DNA from: Conidiobolus incongruus B7586
Lineage: Eukaryota
Direction of reading: 5' to 3'
DNA length: 39,025 bases
Assembly (NCBI GenBank): GCA_000697335.1
Contig: JNEM01009214.1
Span: 1 to 39,025, forward strand
This document shows, piece by piece, positions 36,579 through 39,025 of this stretch. Made by a program: the position numbers and the translations under genes. The first letter of the stretch is position 1. Each line of letters opens with the position of its first letter. The notes under the pieces were generated by a model. That model was not told where the DNA came from. It did not search any database and saw nothing but the letters and a program-made list of their open reading frames with translations.

Positions 36579-39025
36579 TATAGTCTTAAAGTAGTGAAAA
36601 GTACTATAATGACGAGTATGGAAAGCTAATGATTAATTAAAGATGATAAATGATAAATGATAAGAAAAGTGAAATAAATTAATTAAGTGATGTTAATTTT
36701 ACTTTATGTAAGGATGGATAGAAATAAAATCGTTAATTATTGAGTTGGGTTAGTGTAATTGGATTTTGGGTTAAAATTTTGTTCAATTTGATTTAGGAAA
36801 ATTTAATCGTTATGCCTTATTTTGATTGGAAAACAATTGGGGGGTTCTTTAATAAATATGATTTATTTTATACCTCATCAATATTTGAAAGTTATTTGAC
36901 TCCTGTTTAATATATTATTTTTGATATTATACTAGCTATAACTTATAATATAAGAACTATTTATTTCATTTAATATAATAAACATTGATATATATAAGCT
37001 AATTTCTTATTCAATAGTAATGTGCAATTACTATATTTTGATTATCATTTGATCATATAAAGTAATATAATTTTATGCAAAAAGCTCAAGAATATTAAAT
37101 CAAGTGACCTGATATGTTATCAAAATTATTAACAAAATAAAATGCATAAATAAATGTCAAATTTTTGGCACTTTATATGAACAAAGTTGATGTATATCAC
37201 AATTCTCATTCATATTTTACTAATAAAATCATTTAATTATTTTAATTTAATATTTTGGATCAAATAATTTTTAATTTAAAGTTCTTTATTGTTTACAGGA
37301 GTAGTTAAAAAACAAAACAAATAACTTGAAATTCATTTATTAAACGATATTATATAGGCAAAATGAAGGAGTATTAAGAATCAGGTAAACGCCATCTTGA
37401 ATAAAATAAGAAAGATATTTACATATTTTACGGATTAATATACATTGGGGTTATTAAATTTATTAGTCGGAGCATTTTGTTTATAACATTATTATGAAAT
37501 TTTGTGGCAATAAATTATTATTATATATTGTATTATCATTTATTAAAGCATCGCTTATATGTGAATATTGATTTTTACAGTAATATTGTGTTAAAACAAT
37601 AATGAGTATATTTGACTTAAGATTGATTGTATAATATATACAACTTTCGATCCATTTCATTTACTTCAATTTACATATGGATAAATACAATTAACGTTTT
37701 TGCACTGCAAAAATTAACGAATAATTTATTTTCAGTAATTTGAAATAATCTAATATAACTCAGAGTGATATTTTTAAAATTTATATTTTAGTTATTTTGA
37801 TTCATATTCAATAAATACATCGAAATTTGAAGGATTAGAGGCTATATATTAATATGAAAAATAATCAAAATTCTGATGTAATCTAACACTTTTATCACGA
37901 CTAAAATAATATTTATATCTATTTAATTATTTTGCCATTCAAAATATATACAAGCTAAACCTTATTAATTTAGATTTATCCAATTTCAAAGTAAGCAACG
38001 TTTTCAATTCAAATTAGACATTTATTAGCTTAACTTCGACCTACAGTAAAATCCATCAAAATTGAGATTTTTATCCATAAAATTTTAATCAGTTACTTAC
38101 CTTTAATGGATTTGTATTGAATTTTGAAAAAAGTTAAGTGGGAATCTTTATGAGCTTGTGATAATTGAAACTTTATAGTTAGTTTTGGATCGATCACGTG
38201 TAATTCAAGAAATTTCAATATTCAATTTTTTCAAATATAATAAAGTACTTAGCGATACAATTTTAAATAAATATTAAGTTTTAATTCTTGAAAGCATAAA
38301 GATTCACGTCTTTCAAATCTATAAACTATACTTTGAAAACAACAGTTGTTTCAAATAACTATAAACAAATCAATGAGAAAATGAATTGTTCAGTATTCGC
38401 AAGAATAAACCAATTTCATGTATTATGAATATTTAAATTTAATATTGTATTATAATTAACAAACAAATTTGTGGATTATTTATTTGAAAGATTAATTGCA
38501 TATGAATAAGTTATTGATCCTTTCTACTAATTTTGGAAAATATTTTAGCGATTGAATGGCAATATGATTCTATTAAAATTATCTCATGTTATAAGTAGTA
38601 ATACAATCAAAAAAGTCAAATGAATGAATGTATTATTATACTTAATAATAATTAACTTAATTTTGAAACTAATTGATTAATATGATATTAAATGGTAAAA
38701 TGAATATATAACAAATATAATGATAAGAAATAATATTTGAAAATTTTTTAATTCATCTATTATACCTTTATTATATTTAATTATTATCAAAAAAAAGTAG
38801 AATTATATAAAATATTTAAATTTTTATTATTATATATTTTAATTAAATTTCTTTCAATCTTGTTACTATTGAAAATAAATATCAAATTAAATTTGTATAT
38901 TATTTTTAATTGAATTTGAATCTATCTATTATATTTTCGTATATAATATATATTTTAACTTATTGGCAAAGTAATTGAACTTTTTTGATAAACTTTAACT
39001 AATTAATTTTTCAAATAAATAATAA

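Overview
Very AT-rich eukaryotic DNA, most likely fungal. An early-diverging entomophthoralean-type fungus is plausible, but this is inferred only from gene content and intron style. About the first 31 kb is a mixed-orientation array of ten intronless S1A trypsin-like serine protease copies. Three are intact (4809-5579 +, 7115-7882 -, 18673-19440 -), one is full length with a single in-frame TGA (9925-10692 -), and six are decayed pseudogenes, several not visible as such in the ORF track. After the array come a tRNA-Val(AAC) gene (32139-32212) and a five-exon kinesin-4/KIF21-like gene (36578-32557, minus strand, 1239 aa as I splice it). Main points of interest: (1) the proteases have no signal peptide, only a conserved 22-aa polar/Pro-rich propeptide ending PPPR|IVGG, yet keep all six disulfide cysteines; (2) two oppositely oriented pseudogenes share a sharply bounded 413-bp tract with 3 mismatches, forming an inverted repeat around a 2.7-kb spacer; (3) three separate copies have a stop at the same Trp codon after the catalytic Asp; (4) Cys191 is repeatedly replaced by Phe. 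No CRISPR array, rRNA or intact transposon was seen.
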